From NCBI GenBank assembly GCA_963704725.1, contig OY969934.1, forward strand, positions 32,001 to 96,000: DNA of 64,000 bases, read 5' to 3'. Positions 1-8,700 of the stretch are shown piece after piece (the stretch's first letter is position 1; each line of letters opens with the position of its first letter). Made by a program: the position numbers and the translations under genes. The notes below the pieces were generated by a model. The model worked only from the letters and a program-made list of their open reading frames with translations. It was not told the origin of the DNA and searched no databases. Origin of the DNA: an uncultured Actinomycetes bacterium (GTDB taxonomy: Bacteria > Actinomycetota > UBA4738 > HRBIN12).

Positions 1-1023
1 GTCGCCGACCTGGTTGAGCCGCCGATGCAGGAGCGCGGCAGCAACGGCGGGCTCCCCGCGGAGGAGGTGGAGCCTCGCCGTGGCGCGCAGGGCGTCGGCC
101 CGGTCCTCGTACCCGGCGAGCAGGCGCTCGGCGTCCTCGACGCGGCCCTGGAGCATCCGGAGCTCGGCGAACTTGGCCGCCGGATGGATGCAGCGCGCTC
201 GGTGGCCCGTGCCCTCGAGCTCGCGCAGCGTCCGGGCGAGCCATCCCTCGGCCTCCGCGAGCTGGCCGTTCGCGATCAGCACCTCGGCGCAGCACGTGCC
301 ACAGAACTCGAGCAGCCCGGCGTGGCCCGAGCGCTCCATGAACGCCATCACGACCTCGTTCCACCGCATCAACCGGCTCACGTCGCCCGCGTCCTCGGCG
401 GCGCGGGTCACGAGGCAGCACACGTCGCCGAACACGGCCGGGTCGGCGACCTCGCCGCCGGTCGCGGCGGCCATCGCCTCGTCGAGGCGCGCGAGACCCT
501 GCTCGACGTCGCCGCGGTCGACCAGGGCGAGCCCGAGCAGCGCGATCCCGCTCGCCTCGAGGTCCGGGTCCCGCCGCTCGCGTCCCATGGCGATCGCGGC
601 CTCGGCGTCATCGACCGCGTCGGCGGGGTCCGGACGCAGGCGCCCGCGCGTGAGCGCGAACCATCCGGTGTGCGGGCCGTCCGGGAGCTCGGGCAGGAGG
701 CCCTCGGCCCGGGCGAGCCACCCCCGGCTCGCCGGCTCGTTGCCGACGGCCTCCAGGTACTCGGTCGCGAGCCAGAGCGCGATGCGCAGCGCTGCCGCGA
801 GGTCGCCCCGCTCCCGGAAGGTCGCGTACGCCTGCTCGCGATGGGCGATCGCGGCGTCGACGTCGCGGAGCCACCAGAGCGAGAGGCCGAGCCCGTCGTG
901 GGCCTCGGGCGTCTCGGCGGTGGCCAGCGCCTCCTCGAACGCGATCCTCGCGACCTGCCAGTCGCGCTCGGCGAGCGCCGTCGCGCCGCGCCCGAGCGGG
1001 TCGGTCCCGACCTCGGAGGCCAT
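1..1023 (-). CDS. TPR/MalT-like LuxR-family transcriptional regulator, 3' end runs off the window
   Basis: Not in ORF track; manual translation from ATG at 1023 gives MASEVGTDPLGRGATALAERDWQVARIAFEEAL...GLGLSLWWL...AIAHREQAYATF...GWLARAEGLL, clearly similar to the N-terminus of 2299..3918. Confidence 0.8.
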   Translation of the reverse strand, partial: MASEVGTDPLGRGATALAERDWQVARIAFEEALATAETPEAHDGLGLSLWWLRDVDAAIAHREQAYATFRERGDLAAALRIALWLATEYLEAVGNEPASRGWLARAEGLLPELPDGPHTGWFALTRGRLRPDPADAVDDAEAAIAMGRERRDPDLEASGIALLGLALVDRGDVEQGLARLDEAMAAATGGEVADPAVFGDVCCLVTRAAEDAGDVSRLMRWNEVVMAFMERSGHAGLLEFCGTCCAEVLIANGQLAEAEGWLARTLRELEGTGHRARCIHPAAKFAELRMLQGRVEDAERLLAGYEDRADALRATARLHLLRGEPAVAAALLHRRLNQVGD

Positions 1024-1070
1024 CGTGCGCAGATCATGGCACGCCGGACCGGGACGAGCTCCCCCAAGAG

Positions 1071-2180
1071 CTACGCGGGGATCAACACCTCAGGCCGGCG
1101 CGTCGCGTCCTCGCCTCGGCGCACGAGGTGCCGGACGACGTACTCGGCGTCCCGGCTCACGCCGGGGAGGACCTCCGAGGCTAGCGCGTACTGGAACGGC
1201 AGTCCGACGAAGTACACGCCGGGCTCGCTCGTCGAGACGCCGCGCTCGTGCACCGGCATCCCGTCCTCCCCGAAGATCGGGAGGGCGATCCAGGACAGGT
1301 CGTGCCGGAACCCCGTGCACCAGATCACGTTGGCGACCTCGAGGACCGTCCCGTCCTCGAGCACGGGGCGGCCGTCTTGCACGGCGACCGTCTTCCCCAC
1401 CCGTCGGATGCCGGCCGCCTCGAGCCACTTCGGCTTCACGCGGACCAGTTGATCGCCCTGCGTCGCAACCTTCGCGCGCAACTTGCGGCCCATCGGCGTT
1501 CGGATCGTGAAGACGTGCATGAAGAGGAACCGGACAACGCGAAACCCGACGCGGCGCGCGAACGGCTTGTCGATGTCGAACGGGATGTGCCCGCGGACCG
1601 GCCCGGAGAGCCACGTCGGATGCGTCCTCGACAGCTCGAGCGAGATGTCGGCGCCTGAGTTGCCCGACCCGACGACGAGCACGGCGCCCTCGCGGAGCTG
1701 GGACGGGTTCCGATAGGCGGTCGAGTGCAGCTGCACGATCGTCGGATCGAGATCGCCCGCGATCGCAGGGACCCTCGCGTCCCTGTTTGCCCCCGTGGCA
1801 ACGATCACGTTGACGGCGCGGAACCAGCGATCGCCGGCCGTCACCACCAGGCCCTCGCCGTTCCGCCGGACGCCGTCGACGCGGACGCCGTTCTCGACCG
1901 GGAGCGAGAACCTCGCCGCATAGGCCTCGAGGTAGTCCGCCAGCTCGTCCTTCGTCGGCGTGGTGACGCCCTTGTGGGGGAACCGCCACCCGGGGAGCTT
2001 GATCGCCCACGCCGGCGTGAACAGCCGGAGCGAGTCGTACCGCTGGCGCCAGTTGTCGCCGACGCACGCGTTGCCGTCGAGGATCACGAAGGTTCGCCCC
2101 GCCTTCCGCAGGAAGTAGCCCGCCGCCAGCCCGGCCTGTCCCGCCCCGATCACCACGGTGTCGAACGTCTCGGGTCCCAT
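1071..2180 (-). CDS. Flavin-containing monooxygenase / CzcO-like NAD(P)/FAD oxidoreductase
   Basis: GAGQAG FAD motif, GDNW..RYDSL, LHS..Y, second VGSGNSG motif, WCTGF; start trimmed to MGPETF. Confidence 0.85.
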   Translation of the reverse strand: MGPETFDTVVIGAGQAGLAAGYFLRKAGRTFVILDGNACVGDNWRQRYDSLRLFTPAWAIKLPGWRFPHKGVTTPTKDELADYLEAYAARFSLPVENGVRVDGVRRNGEGLVVTAGDRWFRAVNVIVATGANRDARVPAIAGDLDPTIVQLHSTAYRNPSQLREGAVLVVGSGNSGADISLELSRTHPTWLSGPVRGHIPFDIDKPFARRVGFRVVRFLFMHVFTIRTPMGRKLRAKVATQGDQLVRVKPKWLEAAGIRRVGKTVAVQDGRPVLEDGTVLEVANVIWCTGFRHDLSWIALPIFGEDGMPVHERGVSTSEPGVYFVGLPFQYALASEVLPGVSRDAEYVVRHLVRRGEDATRRPEVLIPA

Positions 2181-2272
2181 CGCGCACCCCTTCCGTCGGT
2201 CGTGGGCCGGACGGTATGCGGGCGGCTCCGGCGGCTCATCGCCGGAAGGCACCATCTTGGTCATGGGCGGCG

Positions 2273-2290
2273 ATGGTGCGTTCGCACCAT
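2273..2290. promoter_or_regulatory. Palindromic operator candidate upstream of the monooxygenase
   Basis: ATGGTGCG-TT-CGCACCAT perfect inverted repeat between the LuxR gene and the FMO gene. Confidence 0.55.
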
Positions 2291-2298
2291 GCCGGGCC

Positions 2299-3918
2299 CT
2301 AGGCCAGGCCGTGCTCGAACGCGAAGGCGGTGGCCGCGGCCCGGGAGGAGACCCCGAGCTTGGCGAAGATGTTCTGCAGGTGCCGCCCGACGGTGTGCTC
2401 GCTGAGCACGAGCTCGACGGCGATGTCACGGTTCGTCTTCCCCGTGGCGACGAGCCGCAGGACCTCGGCCTCCCGGGCCGTGAGGCCGGCCGGCAGGGGC
2501 CGCCGGTCCGCGAGGGCGGCGGTCACCTCGGCGACGTCGCCGGCCGCGCCGAGGCGCTCGAACGCGGCGAGCGCTCCCCTCAGCTCCCGCCTCGCGCCGT
2601 CCTCGTCCCCACCAGCGAGGAGAGCCCGGCCGAGGACGGCTCGCGCCCGGGCCGTCTCGTACGGGAGCCGGAGGTCCTGCCACTTCGCCGTGGCGCGCCG
2701 GAGCGCGTCGAGGGCCGCCGACGCGTCGCCCTCGGCGAGCGCGAGGGAGCCCTCGGCGGTCGCGGCCGTCGCCGAGAAGGCCGGCAGGTCGACGACCTCG
2801 GCCATCGCCCGGAGCTCGTGCGCGGCCGCCTGGGCCTCCTCGGTCGCGCCGGCGGCGATGCAGGCCTCGACCTGCGCAGCAAGGAGACGGGCGCGAGTGG
2901 GTGGATAGTGCGGCGCCGACAGGGCGAAGCGCAGCGCGGAGCGCGCCGCGTCGACTTCGCCCTGAGCGAGCCGGACGAGCGCCAGGCCAGGCTGTGGGTC
3001 ATCCCCGAGCTCCTGAGCCCGCTCGAATGCGTCCTCGGCGCCGGCCAGGTCGCCGAGCCGCCGTCGGATCTCGCCCAGCTGGACGTACGCCGAGGCGACC
3101 AGCCCGGGCTCTTGGCCAACGAGCTCGTCGGTCGCGAGCATGGCCTCCGCCTCTGCCTCCGCCCACGATCCGCGCAGCCGCGCCACCTCGGCCCGGTTGA
3201 CCCGGCACCGCGGGGTGAACGGCGTGCCCGGCGGCAGGGTGTCGCACCAGGCGACCGCGGCGTCGCTCCATTCGCCCGCACGACGGAGGTCGCCAAGCCC
3301 GAGGCAGGCGCCGATCACGGCGCAGTAGATGATCCCGGTGAAGTACGGGCTCAGCTCGCCGGTGAGGACCGCCGCCATGGCCTCGTCCAGCAGCGCGATG
3401 CCCTCGGGCACCCGGCCGGCCGCCAGGAGGGCCAGCCCTTCGTTGTGGACGGCCATCGCGACGAGGTCGCTCACGCCATGACGGCGGCCGATCTCGATCG
3501 CGCGCTCGGACAGCTCCACGGCGCGGTCGGGATCCCCGGTGTGCAATGCGACGGCCGCCTCGACCATGGCCAGGAACCCGGCCTCGGGCCCGTTCGCGAT
3601 CCCCTCGGCGTGCCGCTGCGCGCGCATCAGGAAGCCGGCGCCGACGGAGACCTCGTCCCGGATGAAGTGCTCGATGGCGAGGCGCGCCGCCACGGCGGCG
3701 GCACCCCGCTCGTCGCCGGCGGCCGCGTAGGCCGCGTAGGCCTTGTGTCGCAGGTCGAGGGACTCATCGAGCTTGGAGAGCCACCACGCCGCGTCGGCGA
3801 GCCCCTCGAGGTCCCGGGCCGAGAGCTCCGAGGCGTCCACCGCCCGAAAGCCGGCGTACGCGTCCGCCCACGCCCCCGCCGCCATCGCCGTCCGCGCCCG
3901 CTCGATCTCGATGCCCAC
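2299..3918 (-). CDS. TPR-containing LuxR-family transcriptional regulator
   Basis: C-terminal LTAREAEVLRLVATGKTNRDIAVELVLSEHTVGRHLQNIFAKLGV HTH; Ala-rich helical repeats. Confidence 0.92.
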   Translation of the reverse strand: MGIEIERARTAMAAGAWADAYAGFRAVDASELSARDLEGLADAAWWLSKLDESLDLRHKAYAAYAAAGDERGAAAVAARLAIEHFIRDEVSVGAGFLMRAQRHAEGIANGPEAGFLAMVEAAVALHTGDPDRAVELSERAIEIGRRHGVSDLVAMAVHNEGLALLAAGRVPEGIALLDEAMAAVLTGELSPYFTGIIYCAVIGACLGLGDLRRAGEWSDAAVAWCDTLPPGTPFTPRCRVNRAEVARLRGSWAEAEAEAMLATDELVGQEPGLVASAYVQLGEIRRRLGDLAGAEDAFERAQELGDDPQPGLALVRLAQGEVDAARSALRFALSAPHYPPTRARLLAAQVEACIAAGATEEAQAAAHELRAMAEVVDLPAFSATAATAEGSLALAEGDASAALDALRRATAKWQDLRLPYETARARAVLGRALLAGGDEDGARRELRGALAAFERLGAAGDVAEVTAALADRRPLPAGLTAREAEVLRLVATGKTNRDIAVELVLSEHTVGRHLQNIFAKLGVSSRAAATAFAFEHGLA

Positions 3919-3969
3919 CCTGGTTCCTCCAACCGCGGCCGAAGCTAAGGGTAGAGCGCCCCGCGCGGC

Positions 3970-4905
3970 TCAGAGACGGCCGAGCGCAGGTGCCACCTCC
4001 TCGCCGAACCGCTCGAGCTGCTCCACGCCGTCCCCCACGGGCCAGAGGAATACGCGCCGGACGCCCGCCTCCGCGTACGCGGCCAGCCGTTCGGCGCACC
4101 GGTCGGCGGGTCCGACCAGGAGCCGCTCGGCCAGCTCGTCGGGGTCGCGGCCGACGGCTGGACTCACCCACTCCTCGAGCACGCGGCGCGCGGCCGCCGG
4201 GTCGTCCTCGAGACGGAACCACATGGTGGCAAGCGCGTTCGGGAACGTCTCCGGGTCCTTGCCGTGGAGCGGGAGCCGCTCGCGGAGCACGGCCCAAGCC
4301 CCGGCGAAGCCCTCCGGAGTCGTGTTGTACGCCGACGCCAGCCACCCGTCGCCGAGGCGCGCCACGCGGCGGAGACCGGCGTCCGAGCCCCAGCTCCCCA
4401 CCCAGATCGGCGGGCCGCCGGGCTGCGCCGGTGCGGGCTCCAGGCGGACGCCGCGGGTGGAGTAGAACGTGCCCTCGAACGGCTCGCCCTCCGGACGCCA
4501 TAGGGCCCGCAGCGCCTGGATCGCCTCCTCGAACCTCGGCCAGCGCTCGTCCCAGTCGAGCTCGGCGGCCTCGTAGTCGGGGCGGTACGAGCCCGGGCCC
4601 ACGCCGACCACCAGCCGGCCGCCTGACAACAGGTCGATCGCGCCGAGGGACTTCGCGAGCGGGATGGGGCCCCGGACGACGGCGAGCGCGATCGTCGTCG
4701 CGACCGTCATCCCACCCGTCGCCCCGAGAACCGACGCCAGCGCGGTCGGGCCGTCGAGCCAGGGCCGGCGGAACTGGAGGTGGTCGTTGACCGAGACGGC
4801 CGCGAAGCCGAGGCGCTCGGCCGTCCTGACGTACTCGATCAAGGTCGTCAGGTCGTACCGCGGCTCGTCCCAAGAGAGCAGCGGGAGATGCACGCCGAAG
4901 TCCAC
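3970..4905 (-). CDS. LLM-class (luciferase-like) flavin/F420-dependent oxidoreductase
   Basis: AERLGF..V.V.DH, DLLSGGRL..GVG.G, PPIWVG, GDGW motifs. Confidence 0.9.
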   Translation of the reverse strand: MDFGVHLPLLSWDEPRYDLTTLIEYVRTAERLGFAAVSVNDHLQFRRPWLDGPTALASVLGATGGMTVATTIALAVVRGPIPLAKSLGAIDLLSGGRLVVGVGPGSYRPDYEAAELDWDERWPRFEEAIQALRALWRPEGEPFEGTFYSTRGVRLEPAPAQPGGPPIWVGSWGSDAGLRRVARLGDGWLASAYNTTPEGFAGAWAVLRERLPLHGKDPETFPNALATMWFRLEDDPAAARRVLEEWVSPAVGRDPDELAERLLVGPADRCAERLAAYAEAGVRRVFLWPVGDGVEQLERFGEEVAPALGRL

Positions 4906-4947
4906 CCTCGCCTCCTCGTCGCGGGACCGGCAGCGTACGCAGACCGG

Positions 4948-5331
4948 CTAGATCAGGCTCTCCCACAGCCCGAGCGTGTTGCCCTCGGTGTCCCTGAAGT
5001 AGGCGAACGCGCCCATGTCCGGGATCTCCTGCCGGGGCTGGACGACGCTCCCGCCGGCCGCCTCGATGCGCTTCAGCGCGTCGTCGATCGAGTCCACGTT
5101 CACCGTGACGACCGGAGACGGGATGTCGGGCGAGCGCAGCATCATGCCGCCGTTGATCGCGCCGGGCTCCTTCGGCATCATCTTGTCGTCGACCGGGACG
5201 GTGGTCACCGTCGTGTACGTCCCCTCCCCGAACTGCATGTCCTGCAGGTCCCACTCGAACGACGAACCGTAGAACTCCTTGGCCCGGCCGAGATCGTCGA
5301 CCGTGATCTCGAAGTGCACGACCTTGTCCAT
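4948..5331 (-). CDS. VOC/glyoxalase family protein
   Basis: MDKVVHFEI...FYG..F.W...GAINGG...FAYFRDTEGN.LGLWE. Confidence 0.9.
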   Translation of the reverse strand: MDKVVHFEITVDDLGRAKEFYGSSFEWDLQDMQFGEGTYTTVTTVPVDDKMMPKEPGAINGGMMLRSPDIPSPVVTVNVDSIDDALKRIEAAGGSVVQPRQEIPDMGAFAYFRDTEGNTLGLWESLI

Positions 5332-5476
5332 CGCCCACGCTCCTTCCCGACGCCGCGGCTCGACGGTCCGAGCCGCGCCCTCGGTTGTACCCGGGTCGAA
5401 GGCGCCCGCGCAAGGCACCGATCGGCCGACAGGAGGGAGTCCTCCTGCTTCCGGATCGGCCCGCAGGGCGCCGGGG

Positions 5477-6133
5477 TTACCAGCTCGCGCCGACCGCGGC
5501 GGCGAGGAACCTCATGAGCGGCGAGATCTTCTCGCAGCTGCGGACGAAGACCTTGGGGAGATCGGACCGCTGCATCTGCGCGTCCGTCAGCGGGACCGAG
5601 GCGGTGAAGCTCTTCCGCTTGATGTCCTCGATCATTGGGTGGCCCGCGTCGAACCCCCGCGGCGGGCGCTTCAGCGCGTCCTCGGAGGGGTTGAGCGTGC
5701 CGCGGACCTTCCTCCAGTCGGACGGGCGCTCGACGATCCGCTCGCGGATCCGTTGGAGGGCGGCCGGCTCGGGCATCCACATGCCGCCCGCCACGAAGCA
5801 CTCCCCCGGCTCGACATGCAGGTAGTAGCCGGGGCCGTGCACGCCGGCCCCGAGCGGGAAGTGCGCGCCCGCGTGCGTCTTGTACGGGCTCTTGTCTTTG
5901 GAGAACCGGACGTCACGGTAGATCCGGAACAGCGAGCCGCCGACGGGCCGGGGATCGGCCACGAGGTTGCGGCTCAGCTTCCGCAGCTCGGGGCCGACGT
6001 CGGAGATGAACTGGAGGAACGGCTCCTTGAGGGACTCCTCGTACCGCTCCTTGTTCTTCGCGAACCACTCCCGGTCGTTGTGGCGCTTCAGCTCGCGAAG
6101 GAACGCGAACGTCTCGGCATCGAAGTACGCCAT
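5477..6133 (-). CDS. DUF2461 family protein
   Basis: FL.EL..HNDREWF, FRIYRDVRFSKDKSPYKT signature; AGGAG RBS. Confidence 0.9.
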   Translation of the reverse strand: MAYFDAETFAFLRELKRHNDREWFAKNKERYEESLKEPFLQFISDVGPELRKLSRNLVADPRPVGGSLFRIYRDVRFSKDKSPYKTHAGAHFPLGAGVHGPGYYLHVEPGECFVAGGMWMPEPAALQRIRERIVERPSDWRKVRGTLNPSEDALKRPPRGFDAGHPMIEDIKRKSFTASVPLTDAQMQRSDLPKVFVRSCEKISPLMRFLAAAVGASW

Positions 6134-6293
6134 GGTGTCCTCTCCTGCTCCGGGCTCGATCGAACCTCCGCCTAGTCTCCCTCACCGGCGGGATCGGTGG
6201 GACCAACAGCCCGGCCGGCGCGCGTCGCTCGACCCGGGATCCTCCCGCCGGGCGGCACTAGCCTCAAGCCGAGGCCGACGGAAGGGAGGTCCC

Positions 6294-7016
6294 GTGCGCA
6301 CGAACGCGATCGCCAGAATCATCGTCGCGTCGTCGCTGGTCATGCTTGGCGTCGCCTGCACGAAGACCGACACCGTGACCGGATCCGGGAATATCGTGGA
6401 ACGGGTCATCCGGACCACAGGGTTCGATCACATCAAGGCGATGACCGCCTTCCAGGTTCACGTCACGCTCGGCGGGCCCGAATCCGTGACGGTGCGGCTG
6501 GACGACAACCTCGTCGACCTGCTGGACGCCGGCGTCGCCGACGGGACGCTCCATCTCGGACTGGAACCGAACACGTCCTTCCGGGACGTCACGCTCGAGG
6601 CCGACGTCGTGGTGAGCGAGCTGTCCGGTATCGACGTCGAGGGGGCGTCGAGCGTCCGCCTCACCGGGCGGCTCGCCGGTGATGCGCTCGAGCTCATGGC
6701 TTCGGGCGCCGGCACCCTCGATCTGCTCGTCGACACCCGGTCGATCGACCTACGGCTGGAGGGTGGCTCGACGGCCACGCTCAGGGGGATCGTGTCCGAT
6801 CTCACCGTGCGAGGCGAGGGCGCGAGCCATCTGAACGCCCGCGGTCTAACGGCGAGCACGCTCGATCTCGACCTGGCGGGGGCGTGCACGGCCGCGCTCG
6901 AGGTCACGGGATCGATCTCGGCTCGACTCTCGGGGGCCTCAACGCTCCGATACGGGGGCACCCCGCAGTTCCTCCGTCCCGACGTCTCCGGCGCCTCGAC
7001 GATCACCCCTCTGTAG
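6294..7016 (+). CDS. DUF2807 (GIN-domain) beta-solenoid lipoprotein
   Basis: GTG after GGGAGG; lipobox GVAC; GSGN, DDNL, repeated xGAS turns. Confidence 0.85.
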   Translation: MRTNAIARIIVASSLVMLGVACTKTDTVTGSGNIVERVIRTTGFDHIKAMTAFQVHVTLGGPESVTVRLDDNLVDLLDAGVADGTLHLGLEPNTSFRDVTLEADVVVSELSGIDVEGASSVRLTGRLAGDALELMASGAGTLDLLVDTRSIDLRLEGGSTATLRGIVSDLTVRGEGASHLNARGLTASTLDLDLAGACTAALEVTGSISARLSGASTLRYGGTPQFLRPDVSGASTITPL

Positions 7017-7135
7017 CCGCCGCACCGTTGTCGGCACCGAGCACGTGGCCGGTGAAGGCGACCGTCCCGCCGACGCGAACATCCGCCGCTCCACGGCTCT
7101 TCGTCCCCACCGATCCCTCTCCTCTCGGGGAATCC

Positions 7136-7165
7136 TTGACCCGACCGCTCCCGCCCGCCTAGTGT
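7136..7165 (+). promoter_or_regulatory. SigA-like promoter for the amidohydrolase
   Basis: TTGACC-N18-TAGTGT, 26 bp before GTG at 7192. Confidence 0.55.
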
Positions 7166-7191
7166 CGGCCCGCCCGAGGGAGGGAGACCCG

Positions 7192-8550
7192 GTGCGAACG
7201 ATCACGAACGCCGCGATCTCGATCGCGCTCGTGGCCCTGTGCAGCGTCGCGGTCGCACCGGCCGCCGCCGCCGATGAACCCGACCTCATCTTGCACGACG
7301 CCGTGGTGATCACGATGGACCCCGGCATCCCGCACGCGTCGGCGATCGCGATCTCGGGTGCCCGGATCGTTGCGGTCGGGAGCGACGACGAGGTCCTCGC
7401 GCTCGCCGGGCCGAACACCACGGTGGTCGATCTCGACGGGTTGACGGTGACGCCGGGGTTCATCGACTCACACGGCCACTGGATCGGCGACCGGGACCTC
7501 TACGGCGTGACGGATCCGCACGACGCGATCGAGATGGCGCTGGAGGGCGGCTGGACGAGCCTCGACGAGCTGTTCGTGAACCAGGACCGCCTGGACGAGC
7601 TCACGGCGCTCGACGCCGCGGGCGAGCTCCGCGTGCGGGTGAACGCGTACCTGCCCGTCAACTTCGGCCCCGACCAACGGTTCGGCATGTGGTTCTCGGA
7701 CCACACGCCGGGCGAGATCGTCGGCCCGAGGCTCCGACTGGCCGGCGTGAAGTTCTTCATCGACGGCTGCGGTCCGGACACGTACTACCTGAGCGAGCCG
7801 CACGCCGACGACCCGACGAACGTCGGACAGTTCGACTGGACGCGACGCGAGCTCCGTCGGATGGTCCGCCGCGTGCACGACGCCGGGTGGCAGATCGCCG
7901 CCCACTCGTGCGGCGACGCCGCCACCGACGAGATCCTCGACGCGCTCCGGCTCGCGTACCGGCACAGCGGCGTGGGCTCGCTCCGCGACCGGATCGAGCA
8001 CCTGATCGCCCTGCGCGACGACCAGATCGCCCGGATGCGGCGCCTGCACGTGCTCCCCTCGTTCCAGCTCACGTTCGTCGACTCGACGTGGGCGGCGGAC
8101 CTGCAGCGCGCGTTCGACCCCGGCAGGTTCGACCTCCTCGGGCGATGGCGCGACCTGGCGAGCGACCCACGGCTCCACGCGGTCGGCAGCACGGACAGCC
8201 CGTATGGCGAGGGCGCGCCCCTGCGGCCGTCCACGGTGATGGAGGCGCTCGCGGAGGCGACGACGCGGGTCGGCGCGCCCGGCGTCGCGCCGACCACGTA
8301 CATGCTCGACCAGCGCCTGACGGTGATGCAGGGGCTCCGGCTCCTCACGATCCGGGGTGCGTACGCGATCTCCGCCGAGGACGACCTCGGCTCCCTCGCC
8401 GTGGGCAAGCTCGCCGACCTCGTCGTGCTCTCCGACGACCCGCGGGCGGTCCCGCGCACCGAGCTCGGACAGGTCGACGTGGCGATGGTGTTCGTCGGCG
8501 GCGGCCTCGAGGTCTGCGCCGCCGGCTACGAGACCCGCTGCCCGGGCTGA
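7192..8550 (+). CDS. Secreted amidohydrolase-3 (YtcJ-like)
   Basis: Signal peptide (..VAPAAAA-DE); PGFIDSHGH, KFFIDG, HSCGD, RIEH, STDSP, GSL.VGKLADLVVL. Confidence 0.88.
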   Translation: MRTITNAAISIALVALCSVAVAPAAAADEPDLILHDAVVITMDPGIPHASAIAISGARIVAVGSDDEVLALAGPNTTVVDLDGLTVTPGFIDSHGHWIGDRDLYGVTDPHDAIEMALEGGWTSLDELFVNQDRLDELTALDAAGELRVRVNAYLPVNFGPDQRFGMWFSDHTPGEIVGPRLRLAGVKFFIDGCGPDTYYLSEPHADDPTNVGQFDWTRRELRRMVRRVHDAGWQIAAHSCGDAATDEILDALRLAYRHSGVGSLRDRIEHLIALRDDQIARMRRLHVLPSFQLTFVDSTWAADLQRAFDPGRFDLLGRWRDLASDPRLHAVGSTDSPYGEGAPLRPSTVMEALAEATTRVGAPGVAPTTYMLDQRLTVMQGLRLLTIRGAYAISAEDDLGSLAVGKLADLVVLSDDPRAVPRTELGQVDVAMVFVGGGLEVCAAGYETRCPG

Positions 8551-8700
8551 GGCCAACCCCACCCCTCGACCCGAGGCAGCCCCACTCGAAGTCTGCAACC
8601 CGCACCAATGGAACCCCGCTCCGCTCTCCCTAGCGTGGCGCTCGACGGAGAAGGCGCGCCGCGGCGTCACCGCCGGGCCGACACCCAAGGGAGGGAGCTC

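Noticed and set aside
6294-7016. SGAS/SGAST words in the DUF2807 lipoprotein as ApbE flavinylation sites
   Set aside because: They match the regular structural turns of this beta-solenoid family and the gene is 40 kb from apbE
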